Shown here: positions 13,253-25,684 of the stretch, in pieces
How positions within the stretch are numbered: the stretch's first letter is position 1
How the letters are laid out: every line of letters begins with the position of its first letter
Source of the DNA: Takakia lepidozioides
Lineage: Eukaryota > Plantae > Bryophyta
DNA: 64,000 bases
Assembly (NCBI GenBank): GCA_030704615.1
Contig: CM060732.1
Coordinates: forward strand, 82,026,001-82,090,000
Reading direction: 5' to 3'
Translations under genes and position numbers: made by a program
Notes under the pieces: generated by a model
Databases searched by the model: none
What the model was told of the DNA's origin: nothing
The model's input: only the letters and a program-made list of their open reading frames with translations

Positions 13253-14586
13253 ATGCTCTGCCAATTCAGTCTCTGTACCAAATTCAGTCTTACTCTGGCT
13301 GTCCTCAAAAGTGTGAAATTCAGAAATGATTGGATGTACAAACAACACATAACAATATGATTTTCTAAGATGCCTGAGTTCACACTGTTTGTTGTTGTTT
13401 GGATATAGCAGAGAAAGAGAGAGGGACTGTCAGACTGACCTTCAATGCGCAATGCTCACAGAAATAATGCTTGCAATTGGTAAAAACTGGGTCAGTAAAC
13501 GGCTGGCGACAGATGAAGCAAGCAAACGGGAGCTCATCGTCATCTTCGTCGCTCTCTGCATCTCCTTCCTTAGCCTCTTCGACTTCAGGCAGACCCCGCG
13601 CAATCCTCTCTTTCCTGCGCTTCTCTCCCTCGTCCCACTCTCTCTCCATTTGCCAGCCTGATTTGTAATCACCACGGTCATGCATGAACTTACAAGAATC
13701 TCCATAGCCGCAGTAGCCAGTTTCCTTGTAGTCCTTGCAGATGTCTGGCTGATAGTCAAACCGCACAGACCACCTTATGTGGGCCGACGCTCGCAAAGGT
13801 CCGTGAGCGCCTCCAGCTTTTTCCCTCGAAATCGTGTGCTCTTGCCGAAACCCGGCCTTGTGATCAGTGTAGCCATGGATGCCCTTATAAAGCTTGGCAT
13901 CTGACGCACCCTTCCCGCCATTGAGAGCTTCATCTGCCTGCTTCAGCACCCTCTCTCTGATCGCACGCGCATCCTTATCAAATTCAGTCTCGGTCTCCAG
14001 AGTTGCCGTGGCCCTACTATCATTTTGCGTCTGGACCTCTCTGGTTGACTCGTAGAAGAAGGTATTCGTTCGCCTCTCATCCCCTGTAGTGTCTTCAGCA
14101 GACTCTGTTCTGTGAGATCCTGTAGCCGCACCCGATGAGAACTCCAGTCGCCCATCTCCCTTCTTAATAGCTTTGCCCTTGTGGACCACCGCTGACGCAG
14201 CCTCTTCCTCGCCTACCTCTGCCTCCGCAACCCGCTTTCTCATGTTCTTGTTTCTCACTGGCTTCCTGAAGAATGTGCAATCTGCAAGCCACAACAGAAA
14301 CACAAACTTCAAAAATTAGAATTTTACAGTGAGGAACACCCGAGATGAGAAGGACAGCTAACTACCCAACTGCAACAAATCTCGTACAAGAAAGCGGAAT
14401 CCAAACATGCATGCTCATAAGACAACCCTAGTCTTCCGAAACTTCGATGCCTCAGAACCTCTGGTGCAAACATGAGATTACAAAGTTTCTTAGAGAATGT
14501 AGATGAACAGAGATATGGTAGATTTACTCACTATGCGAGCTCTCCGCGCCCGTCTCCGTAGCAGCGTTGGTCTCGCTATCAGCCAT
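12105..14586 (-). CDS. CWC24: Pre-mRNA splicing factor CWC24/RNF113 (CCCH zinc finger + RING). Exons 14586-14532, 14281-13440, 12221-12105
   Basis: [11 protein letters not shown][35 protein letters not shown] (CCCH finger). The [17 protein letters not shown]...[12 protein letters not shown]|[20 protein letters not shown] is split by intron 2. Splice phases were checked. Confidence 0.93.
12354..12410 (-). mobile_element. Short 3' fragment of the same LINE family
   Basis: Matches the LINE 3' end and is flanked by direct repeat AGAAGAGAGA (12344-12353, 12411-12420). Confidence 0.7.
12429..13217 (-). mobile_element. 5'-truncated LINE copy in CWC24 intron 2, inserted within a (GA)n tract
   Basis: Colinear with about 33132-33930 (shared AAATTTCAGTCTAGTG, GGAAACAAGTTCAG, TGTTTGACAGGGCGGTC). 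(GA)n lies on both sides (about 12414-12428 and 13219-13249). Confidence 0.85.
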
Positions 14587-14734
14587 GGATGCTGTCGAGG
14601 AAAGGAAGAACAAGGAAAGAGTTGTCCCTGATAGCAAAGAAGAAGAGAGGAATCCAAAACCCTAACAGCTCTCGAAGGAACCCACGACGGAGGCCTTCCC
14701 CAGGAAAAGAAATCCTGCCACAGCGAAAACCATT

Positions 14735-14780
14735 ATCCCATATCGATTGCCCAATGTTATAGTCCAGCTCAGTATATAAA
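14735..14780 (+). promoter_or_regulatory. snRNA promoter: USE (ATCCCATATCG, 14735-14745) and TATA (TATATAAA, 14773-14780)
   Basis: 10/11 match to the plant USE consensus RTCCCACATCG; the TATA box starts about 31 bp upstream of the U2 start. Confidence 0.8.
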
Positions 14781-14803
14781 GTGCTGCGCTTAACAATCAT
14801 CGC

Positions 14804-14999
14804 ATACCTTTCTCGGCCTTTTGGCTAAGATCAAGTGTAGTATCTGTTCTTATCAGTTTAATGTCTGATACGAGACTCATCGAATCTCATGATATTAATC
14901 TAATTTTTCTCGGGTGCGGGTCCACCCGGCAGCTTGCTGCCCGGACCCGCGCGCGTCGCCTTGGTATTGCACTACCTCCTTGGCCGGCGCAACCCTCCC
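14804..14999 (+). ncRNA. U2: U2 spliceosomal snRNA
   Basis: Begins ATACCTTTCTCGGCCTTTTGGCTAAGATCAAGTGTAGTATCTGTTCTTATCAG, with branch-site recognition sequence GTAGTA, stems IIa/IIc, a U-rich Sm site, stem III and stem-loop IV with ATTGCAC loop. The 3' end is approximate. Confidence 0.96.
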
Positions 15000-16916
15000 C
15001 TCACGGGGATCCTTACAAACCCAAACTGGATGGATGCAATAGAAAGACACTTACATGATATTTCGTGAAGGAGTTCCGTACTCATGGGCATTCACTGGGC
15101 GGCACGGGTCAGCACCAAGACGACCTTGTACCGTCCCGTGAATGCCCAAGGCACCCTGACGTGGTGCCTAATTTGACGAAGTCCAAATGTGTGTAAGTAT
15201 CAAATGGGCTAACCAAAATTACATGAGAAACCGGGGTTACAGAGGGTTACACCAACCCCGCCTTCCATCAAGAATCGAATCCTGAACCTCGCCCATTCTT
15301 AAGTATTTAATAGTGAAACCAAGGTAAGAGGGGGTGGGGAGGATTTGACAGGGGCCCCACCGGAGGAGCGACGTACCGTCAGTACCGTCGGAACACCCGC
15401 GTCCATTAAGTTCTTACATTATTCCTATTGTCTGCCCCTTAGGGGAAATTTACCCAAGAAGTTTACATAGGAAATTGAAGCAACCAACTCAGCAACCAAC
15501 TCCCCGACCCACTTCAAGCAAGTGGAAGGACCCACACGTGGCGCTGCACAGGCACTCGATGCCGGAAGGTCCTGGCGAACGGGCTGACTGTCAGGATGCC
15601 CTGATATTCACACTTGGGAGATGTGTCCAAAATAAAACAGCAAAGGGCGTTACACTCGATCTTAACCCCTAAGCGCGGGGAGTGCTTTGGGGGTCCACCT
15701 CAAAAATGGGACCTACTGTCACCTCCCACGCCATATCTGCCCACAGGAGTTCAACCACGGAAATGAACCTTACTAAGTGGCAGTTACCTACTACATGCAG
15801 GTAGTTGCAAATTTGGGAAGAATTGTCCGTTCCGTTTGGGAGATAATAATAATTTACCAGGGGGTATTTTCAACTCCAAGGAAGTTTTGAGGAAAAAATT
15901 ATGTTTGACCAAGTAAATTTGCCCTGACATAGATTTTTGTTGGGGCTGGACCAACTCAGTCACAATTCATGGAGGGTTACAGGTGTTACTCAAGAAATTT
16001 GAGGGCCAAATTCCTCAAAAAAAAAAATGGCACCTTTGTATGTGCAATCAATGGAAGAAAAACTACACTGGGAAAGGAAGATCCACATAGCTGCTGGAGT
16101 TTTTTACCTCAAAAAGCTGAGTTGGCCCCCTTCCAATTGGTCCAGACCCCTACCCCTTCAGGCATTGACCAATTGGCCAATGCCATATGAAGGGGACCCG
16201 ATTGTCTGTCAATTGAGCCCAAAAAAGAGCCAATCAGCCTTAACCACAGGAAGTTATGGCTAGTTAAGCTAACCCAACCGACCCAAAGTGGGTCGATATA
16301 TCACTTAAGAGTTAATTCCGGCGCTCACTTTTCATTCAGACAGTTTTTCATCCGCTTTCATCCACAGAAGTTATTCCGTGGATGAAAACAGTTGCGACCC
16401 AATTCAGGTCGCGCCGGCCTTTAGGGGTTAAGTTTTTCCATTTTCCTTTCCTTATTCATTACTGGGTATCCGACCGTTCCCTTCTTAGAAAAATAATTGT
16501 TCAAAATTACAATGCACCTGCCATTTTGCAGAAAAATCGTTCAAACGTATATATGCTTTTTAGAAACGTTTGACTGTGACACGAAGGCTGGTCACAAACT
16601 TAGAACTTATGCCATTTTAATTTCAATCTTTTGCAACGTTTTGCGATCCCTAAATTTGATCCCAGCGACAAAGTACAACATTTTGTGTGGGCATACGAGA
16701 CCAATTTTGAGGGCTCACACGTGTATTAGTGTGGGCTTATACATTTGTAATTTTTAATATGTCCGCTTATTTTCCAGATTTGAAGGGGGTATGTAGCAAC
16801 TTTGGGGTTGTTCTTTGATGTATACCTTATACATAAGGGGTATTTCCAAATATATTTAGTAATTGAGGGCGGCCAAGGAAATGATAAACGCGTTTGAGCA
16901 AGTCTAAAAAGACAAC

Positions 16917-17253
16917 AAAAGGCTAGGTTGAAGTAGAGTACTTGAGGGGCTCAAGCACGGTACTACTTGAGGTCAAAGAAACTCACAAAACAGATTGGAA
17001 GTAAAAAAGCAGCTCCTTGGTGAGCACTAATGAAAAATGTTATCTCGGTCCCAAATAAATAACAGACTCCAATAGAAAGCAAAAAAAAAGGCTAGGGATT
17101 GGGACAACAAGGGCTACATTACGGACTTGAGGGGCTCAAGCATGGTATTAGAACTCAAAGAATCCTGCAAGACAAATTGGGAGTAGAAAAGCTCTTTGGC
17201 CCATTAATGAATAATGTTATCTAAGGTGCAATTATAATAACAAACTCCAATAG
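16917..17253. repeat. Diverged tandem duplication (2 units of about 170 bp)
   Basis: Both units contain AAAAGGCTAGG...ACTTGAGGGGCTCAAGCA...AATGTTATCT...ACTCCAATAGA. Confidence 0.7.
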
Positions 17254-20200
17254 ATTTCTATCTTTTTGGAGTATTCGTAATCACAGCAAGACTCATAGAT
17301 TCCCCATCAAAATGGTTGTGGTGCTTGGCCATATTTTCCTACAAACTGTAAAATTTAAATCAATAAAGGCCAACGGATCATGGCCTTACGACCGTTGGTT
17401 AAGCCATTTCTATCACATTGATTATTGACGTACATTGTCAGCCAATAGGCCAAGAAAAAATCGCTTGTTGCGATTCAAAGCTTCCCTGACCAACCTCCAT
17501 CTCCTTGAGCTCATTCTATCATGTTTAGCCTTGAATGAATTTTATTTTATTTTTTACCTCCCTGCATCAAGCAATCCAAACATCTTTGATTTTGCCAATG
17601 ATACATATATTAGTTGATTGAATGACATGTATAGCACATGATGACAAGTAACATAATGTTATTCGTTTTCGTGCGAGGATCTCAACGAAGACCTTTGAGT
17701 CGTTATGGCCTCCACAATTATCATACCGCACATGTGTTTGTTGACCATAGGAATCAGCCTGGTATGCACGGGGCTCATTAAAAAACGAGGAAAAATAATC
17801 TTGTCCATATCTAACCTTTTAGACTAGTAGTCCGGTAATTACACATCCAAGATGTTGTCACGGGACACACGAGAATGGATAACTTTATATTTTGTTTGTG
17901 AAATTCATCATCAGGGTCTCAACGATTGCTTGGCGGCCCTAGTAGTTGTGCGAACAATCATAGTTATAGAATCTCCACCATATCAGACAACATCAGCATA
18001 CCTTATAGTGTTATCGCCTCGAAAACCTAAGGTGTGTCCATTATCATAGTCGATAACGAAATGTGTTTCACCTACATTTTAATCTATCGACTCTTCATTG
18101 AAGGCTCCGAAATTAGAATCCCTATGAAGCACCCCAAGATGGATATCTTATCCAGTGAAAATATGTGAATTGATCCCACTCTGGAGAATCCTACCTTGAT
18201 CTGGAAAGTCGCCCTTCTCAATGTATGCCAAAAATGGCTTTAAGCTCAAAGAAATGTCAGGAGTACACCTACCTCCTTCTTGTGCAGAAATGCAAGGTCA
18301 GGGCACCTGTCTCCCAGCTCTATTGTAACACTTACAATGTTTGCAAGACCTTCAAACCTTAATTGATCAAGTCCTGCAGTGCAGTGGGCACTCATATTCC
18401 TGAGGGTGATTAGGTGATGTGATGTCCGTCATTTTGATGAAACGCCTCTCACCCAACATGAATGTCATCTCATCTACCTACGGTAGGTTCATGTAGCAAG
18501 GTCGACTTGAATAAATCGGGGCCTGGAACCTTTCGAAAGGTCTCTCAGGACCTTTAATGGTGTTGAAGCACTGCTACAAAACCTCTCTTGCCGTAACTCG
18601 GAACAAATGGGGCACCAAATGATCCAAACGATCCCGTGATGCATTTATATAACATTCTTCTTGACTAATACTACATGAAAGACTGAATCCAACGAAGTTT
18701 AGCTATTTTATAGATGATACTTTTAGCATCTTTGGGGTTGATAGTCTCGGCTTTCTGTTAGATATCTTAAGTATATCACGTGCAATGGCATACATAGCCA
18801 AGCAATGCCAAAAAGAACTTCATACCCATCTTCTAAAACCTTTTAAATTCTTCTAAAAGTTCATAATATAACCATGTAACCGATGTTGATTGTTTGCGTC
18901 GACACCCACTTGCTGCCTTCAACAAAGCACTACCATGCAATATTACCAGTTTAAACTTTTTTTGCGACTTTGTTATCAAGTCAAGCGGTTTGCGCGATCA
19001 AATGTGATGTTTTGATTTGTCCACCATCGTGATGTCTTTTGCAAGTTCGTTTTCGTATTTCCTCAAAAATGTTGTGGAAATGTCAATATTGCTCATGATA
19101 TTACATTGAAATCACCATTTAGAGTGACATCTTCAATCATCCATTTGATGATAATCATCTTTGCTGCTATAATGAAAACCTGCTGTAAAACGCATTTGGA
19201 TGTTCCAACTTGTCTCAAGAGCAAGATATGTAACTTATCAATTGTTTATCTTTGCTTGTAGTTGTTCCAGGTGCATCAATATCCATCTTTTCCTCAATTT
19301 CGACCTATACAATTATAGCTGCAGCTACGCGCTTCACTCCCCTGGGACAATCGAACGATCGATGACGTTGCATTTCATGACAGTTGAAATATAAACCAAA
19401 CCGCAGATGATTATCATGTTCTTTCTCTACTATAGACGCATACCAGTAATTATTGGCATTCTCCATAAGCCAAACTTTTTCTGTTAAAAACAGCCACGAG
19501 TGTCTCATCTGCCCGGAAAGCCATTCCATTTGCAGCAGGAAGACGGTCCCTCATTTGCACAACCCGCACACTTGCATCAACCAGTTCAATTCTGAACATC
19601 ACTTCATAATTACATGTTCTTCTAAGGGATTTCTTAGTGTTTTTTGTCCCTGCGTACCCTCAATCGTGTCATATATTTGGCTCACTTCAGCTTCTTCCAT
19701 CGACTTAGGATATATCAAATCTTTATTTTAGATATCGTGATTCATATCCCACAGAAGTAGCATTGTGTTCATGGGGATAAGCAAACCTCAATTACACACA
19801 TCATTTTGTAACGTTCAAGAATCCCAGCGAATAGCCTAGAGACAAGTCTCGATGTTTTGCTCCTAAAAATCACTGCCTGAATTTCACTCATCCACTTCGA
19901 CTAGATGATTTTTTGATGTTTAAGAATGTTCATATCAAAACTGGAGCCTTGTCCTTAACGATGTAGGATGAAGAGAGTGTGCAATTTCTTTGCCGAGCTA
20001 TCGGCAAACATTCTTCTTGTATGTATATGTTGGGGTATGACACAGTTCCTTGAACTGTGAATGATGTAGTTAGTTCGCTAGGCTCTGCATTATACTATGT
20101 GTGTCTAAGGCACTTCGAAGTTTTTTTAACTTTTGATGGTGGGCTAGGGCATGGCTGCTTTATTTAATGGCTGGTCGTTTTGCATCAATTCGCATTGGAT

Positions 20201-20729
20201 TTTATGTGATTTGTTTGTTTGAACTCTCGTTAGCTTTGTTTATTTGTTAAAGCACGAATGAATTTTAAATCATGGTTGCATCTATCCAACACTAAAATCC
20301 GTGAATTAATGTTGTACTTCAACCATCTATTAGTTCGTTTTATATGTAGTAGTCCAATTTCATCATCAAAATGTATTTCATCTACCAGGACCATACATAA
20401 ACCATATTTATACTTTTTTTTTAAAAAAAATCTTCATTGGTTTTGTAGTTGCACGCAACATTACACGCATTCAACAATTTATGCGTAAAGTCGTCCTAAA
20501 ATGTGTTATAATTTAAATTGGGCGGTCTACTAGTACAATGATAAATTTAAATTTTTGCAATGTCTCTTCATTTCCTAGTCAATGATAGTACTTGGAATAT
20601 CGTTGTCAATAGTTACTTTTATTTAAATAAAATCAGATTATGTATTATGATTGCATTCAAATATGCTAACGTTTTGTGTATGAATTCGTCCTGTCTTATT
20701 TTTGGTACGATATCATTTGGATCTGATGC

Positions 20730-20970
20730 ATTTTCTAACCATAGTAATGTGTGCACATAAAATTAACCCATTTTTTGCGGTTTCTTAGTATGCGTTTATA
20801 TTTCCAAGTACTCTTGTATTTGTGGTGGTAGGTCTGATCTCGGGTATTTTCTAACTGTAGTAATATGTGAATATGAAGTGATTTTCTTTTTTTTCGTGGT
20901 TTTGTAACAATCATAATATGCATTTATATTTTCAAGTACTATTGTATTTATGGTGGTAGGTCTGGTAGTC
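20730..20970. repeat. Diverged tandem duplication (2 units of about 128 bp)
   Basis: Repeated TATGCRTTTATATTTYCAAGTACT...TTGTATTTRTGGTGGTAGGTCTG at about 20789 and about 20917. Confidence 0.65.
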
Positions 20971-21472
20971 CCTTTGACACGTAGCAAAATTTATTTAAAA
21001 ACTGCACTCACAATGATATGTAAAAAATTTAACTTGAGATTTTTTTAATACGTATTGGCAATTGCGAGGGGTTGGTGTTAGAATTTTTTCAAGATTGATA
21101 TCATTTCCACTTAGTAGTGACACGAGATAATGATGAATAAATGCTAGATTCCAAATGAAGAATATGCTCGGTGTTCCTAAATATCATATCATGCTAAATA
21201 TTTTATTTCCTTATGTTACACGACTGCTTTTAGATGCCATCATTCATGTGCTAACTTAAGTGCCGTAATAAGTTTTCCAATAGATTTCAATGATATAAAT
21301 ATAAAAAACTTAAAGATATTTTCTTTAAATAAACTAAACAATTAACTGGAAACTAAAATGGATATTATTGAGTAATTGCACTTCACTTTGAAATGATGAT
21401 CTTGACAGTCAATTTTGATCCTAGACATATTTATTTATGTTGGCAACAAATTGAACATGAAAAATGAAAATA

Positions 21473-22213
21473 CCGTGGTGGAAGGGCAGATTAGGCACTT
21501 GAGTGCCTAATAATTATTAAATCTGGAATATTCTCTTTAGGCACTTTCAAAAAGAATTTATATACATTAGGCATACGTCATCCATGATTTCTCATGTTTA
21601 GTCACCATTCATCTTAAGGAACTCTCTCCTTTCATCCCCTCCCTCTTCTTTCCCAAGACAAACCTTAGTATCCTTCGCAACAATACTCTCTCTTTTGTAA
21701 TGGAGATGGCGTGAGAGAGCACATTACATAGTATGGACGTAGATGTGGAGATGGCTAACAGTGGAGGACCTCCGCGTGGGGCAAGCCGAGTTAGGCGCAG
21801 CTTTTAGCCCGCAAGCTAAACCTTGGCCCAAACACACTCACCACACAATGTAATGTGTATATACCTACTCTTGCTTAATAGTTTTCAGTGCACATCGAAG
21901 ACTCAGATATACCTAACTTGAACGGTGATCAAGAATTCAATTCCCTAGGTCCATACAACCTCCATATGACCTTCCAATGAGTCCCGAACATGCTGCAATG
22001 TTCATCATTGATTTTTTGAATATTTATGGAGATTTTTTTTGTTTGTTTTTTTGCATTCAATAAAAATTATACAGAGTTTAGAGAATATTTATTGAATTAG
22101 GCACTTTCATGTTATTTTTCCAGCCTTTTAGGCATAAATATTTTAAAAAAATCACAGATTTGCTTGGGCACTTTTTTTTAAATTTAATTTGTGAATCTGC
22201 CCTTCCACTACGG
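21473..22213. mobile_element. Tc1/mariner-type (Stowaway-like) MITE, 741 bp
   Basis: 20-bp TIRs CCGTGGTGGAAGGGCAGATT / AATCTGCCCTTCCACTACGG (19/20), flanked by TA at 21471-21472 and 22214-22215; internal AGGCACTT motifs. Confidence 0.85.
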
Positions 22214-24825
22214 TATGTGATGTTTGGAAACATCGTAATGGAAATCAGTTAGACTCATCAAATATGCAACGTGTTGGTATCCAATGTTAGTTTAATTGGA
22301 CGATTTTCATTTCTAGTAAGCCCATTCCAAAAGGAATGGTAGATTTGCATATCCATTTACCATGAGTAAGGGCTGTATATAAAGCTCGGCCACATCGGCA
22401 AGGGAGAAAAAACTTGTCTCATCTCTCGTACCCCACCAAATAACTTCAGGGGGAAAGCCTCATCTACAATAAAAAAAACTCTACTACATTTGCCATGATT
22501 ATCATGCAGCTAGTGCGATCCTCCATGCTTCATAAATGCCTCCAACAAATACATCCTCCTCATCTCGAGGTTCTTTTTCCCCAATTGGCTTTATATTCTA
22601 GACATAACACACTTATACTGATCTCCATACATTATGATGTTCTCAGGGAACCAAATGAATTTTTTATTGTTAACTTCTCTGCTGCAGTTTATTTGCCAAG
22701 CTACCGTACGTTGCTGTCGGATTCGACATGAGCACAGTGCCGAAATAATTATAGAGGCTCAGTCTATTCGGCACCTCATATTTTATACTCCAGGATTTAG
22801 GATTGAAAATTTTCGCCACCTGCGATACAAGCTTGCGATATGAGCTCTGCATCTTTAGAGGCTACATGCGCCCTCTGCGACGATCAAGCAGTTCAAGTAG
22901 AAATTTTCTTACTCTTGGACAAGCTGAGTTATATGTAATATTTCTGGATTTTTAGACATATCACTTGAGTTAATTCAAAAATTTCAACAACCCAAAATAT
23001 AATTAATTTGTGTCGAATCTGACAGCAATGTAGGGTATTGGCAAACATTCTTGAATTATTATATGTATATAGTGTATGACACTCCTTGAACTCTCAATCA
23101 GATGGTTGAACAACACTGATCATGGATTTTAATATTAGATGTAGTTGAGAGTCAACTTGCTCATTGCAATCACTAGATAAATGTCAATCTGTTGATAGCA
23201 TGCTTTGGGTACTTGCTTCAATCCATATACGGATCTATGTATTTACAGACCAAGTCTATGTTTGATTTTTAATTAAGTCGTTTGATATATCCATATAGAT
23301 ATTCACATTGAGATGGCGTTTGAACGTCCATGTGCTTTATTTCTAAGTCAAATTGTGCTACTATAAGAGCTAGCTGGACAACCCTAATTGATGTGGTTTT
23401 CACCACCCAGTGCCAAAATATCCTCATAATCTTCACATTTAATTAATTGAGAATATGGGAGGTTTTCTACTCACAGTGCTTTATATTTCCACTACAAGTA
23501 ATTTATAATAAATAATCAAGGATTCAATCCCCCTGTTAACCAATAATAGTAATAATAATATTAATCGTGGTTTTACCTCAAAACTGCTTCTAGCTATGGA
23601 CTGACATGTCTTTTGGGGCTGGATATGAAACACTCCGGCCATCTCGTTGAGTGAGTAAGAGCTATGGATAATCAGGTAACATTGATTTTTGGGGTTTGAT
23701 CTTGCTTCTTGATCAGGTTTTAGCTGATGCTTTTGGATATCAAGTAATAATTAAGACATGTAGTTTTGCACTGTATTTTGTAAAATGCAGGAGCTTGGGG
23801 CTCTTCAACATTGCTCTACCAGGAGGTTCTTCATGACAACTGGACTAACTGCACTAAAGGTAGATAGCACCATTACGCCCTTCACAATGTATAACACATT
23901 CGTTGTTTACTCATTCATTACCACCTGAAGATGGATTGAAATGGATGTGGTATGACCTAACAAATCTATGTAGTGATATGTTCACCAGCGAGGAATTTTT
24001 TTACTAGTGCAGGCTACAATATTGCCTAGGGACACTCTACCGTTGTCGGGCCTATAAGTGTTATCCACTCTTCCTCTGTTTCTCGGCTCCCTATCCTAGT
24101 GCAACATTAATAACCCATTTTTGTGAAACAGCTGCAACGTTATGTGACATGTTCATGCATCTCTTTGCTTACTTTAGAAGTTGCTTAGGCAGAGGGGTGG
24201 AAAGACCGAGTTTGGGCCAATTTGAAATTTCCCAAACAGGTTTCTAGAATAGGCTTTTGGGTCTTTATGGATCTACCACCAGTAGCAGTGCGTAGGTGGA
24301 TGAAAAGATGATCAATCCGCAAGAGCTATGGTTAAGTGGTATAAAAGAGTTAAGACTTCAACTAAAATTTTCCTTTCAGGATGACAATAGTATAACAACA
24401 TAATGGCTATATGTTCATAGATGTCATGGAGGTTTACAAAGAAGATTGCAGAGGTGTGCACGAATCCTTTCTGGGCATCGGAATTTCTCTGCGATCAACA
24501 GTTTTGTGACATTCTGGCCAATACTGAACATGAGGATGTAGCCAATTTTGCAAATACTGATTACTCCAAAATTGACCAAAGAATGTGCAGTTTTTTCCCT
24601 TGGCAGACAATATACATGTTGAAATGCATATAGTGCTTATGACAATGTGACTTTAAAGGCAAGTTTCACAAATACCGTACTTTTTGTGAGGTGGGTTCTC
24701 TTCTTTGTGATTTAGTAGCTCTCTAGCATGTGAAGATTGCACCTGCTGAAGGCAATGAAAGAATGCAGTATTCAAGATGATGTTTGTTGTAGCCCAAGGC
24801 CATGAGAGAGAGAGAGAGAGAGAGA

Positions 24826-25208
24826 ATGTACTCATAAGACGTTGTTTGCAATAGCCTTGTGGCCATTGACCCCGCGCCCAGTTTGAGCGGAACACAAAGG
24901 GACAGAACCTACCATTGTCAGGGGTTGACGCCGGTAGTAAGACTTACCTTCGAATAAACAATTGATCCGGGTTTTCAGATATCCTCTTGAAATCCCTTTC
25001 CTTAAGCATCAACTTGTTGTGTGTGTAGGTTTGGCCAATAACTAGGCCCCAAAAGGGCCTGGGCCTTTGGCTCTCTCTTTTGGCTCTCTCACCGGAGAGA
25101 CGCTCTCCTCAAATCTATCAATGGAATGTCAAAGAATGTGCCCATAAGATATTTGTTGTAATTGTGGCCATAGACCCCACACCCAGTTTGGGTGGAACAA
25201 GAGGGAAC
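24826..25208 (-). mobile_element. Two more 3' fragments of the LINE family (24826 to about 25129, including an inverted 5' piece; 25136-25208)
   Basis: The first follows (GA)11 at 24804-24825 and matches 33132-33375. Segment 25086-25129 is the reverse complement of about 33418-33462. The second fragment matches the 3' stem-loop region. Confidence 0.8.
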
Positions 25209-25367
25209 TGTGGTGTGAAAAGAAAGGGGAAGTTGGGAAGGTTATAAGCCATGCTTCTATGAATGACCAAGATAGGCCATGCTTCTATGAATGACGTTTT
25301 GTCTCATCTGAACTAATACGGCACTGATAAATACGGTACTAAGGTAAGCAACAAGATGTAGTAAAAT

Positions 25368-25684
25368 TGTACAAGGGTAAACTGACTGGCTCGCTGCCCT
25401 TTAAACCGGTTACCGTCTCTCCGGTAGCGCTCGAGAGGAGCACCTGCTACCGGATATAGTAGGGAGCCATAATGCGGCTCGGTAGGTCCTGGCTCCCTGC
25501 TATATCCCGTGGTGGTAGGTATGTACAAGGTAAATTGACTGGCTCGCTGCCCTGAAAACCGGTTATGTGCGGTGGCGCTCCAGAGGAGCCCGTGCTACCG
25601 GATATAGGAGGGAGCCATAACGCGGCTCGGTAGGTTTGGGCTCCCTGCTATATCCGGGAGCATGGGCTCCTCTCGAATGCTACC
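25368..25684. repeat. Tandem duplication (154-bp period) of a fold-back unit
   Basis: Units start TGTACAAGG at 25368 and 25522, and each contains an inverted repeat GGATATAG.AGGGAGCC / GGCTCCCTGCTATATCC. Confidence 0.85.

Noticed and set aside
17600-19900. Possible decayed transposase or Ulp1-protease remnants on the minus strand
   Set aside because: Only scattered weak motif resemblances amid many stops; not supportable without a profile search.
22370-24640. TATA-like element and several AG/GT-bounded exon-like segments
   Set aside because: No consistent open frame or recognisable product could be assembled, and no USE or snRNA body was found.
25486-25507. CCTGGCTCCCTG core resembling miR160
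   Set aside because: Only 12-13 nt match, the ends differ, and it lies on the 3' arm next to the loop, whereas miR160 comes from the 5' arm.
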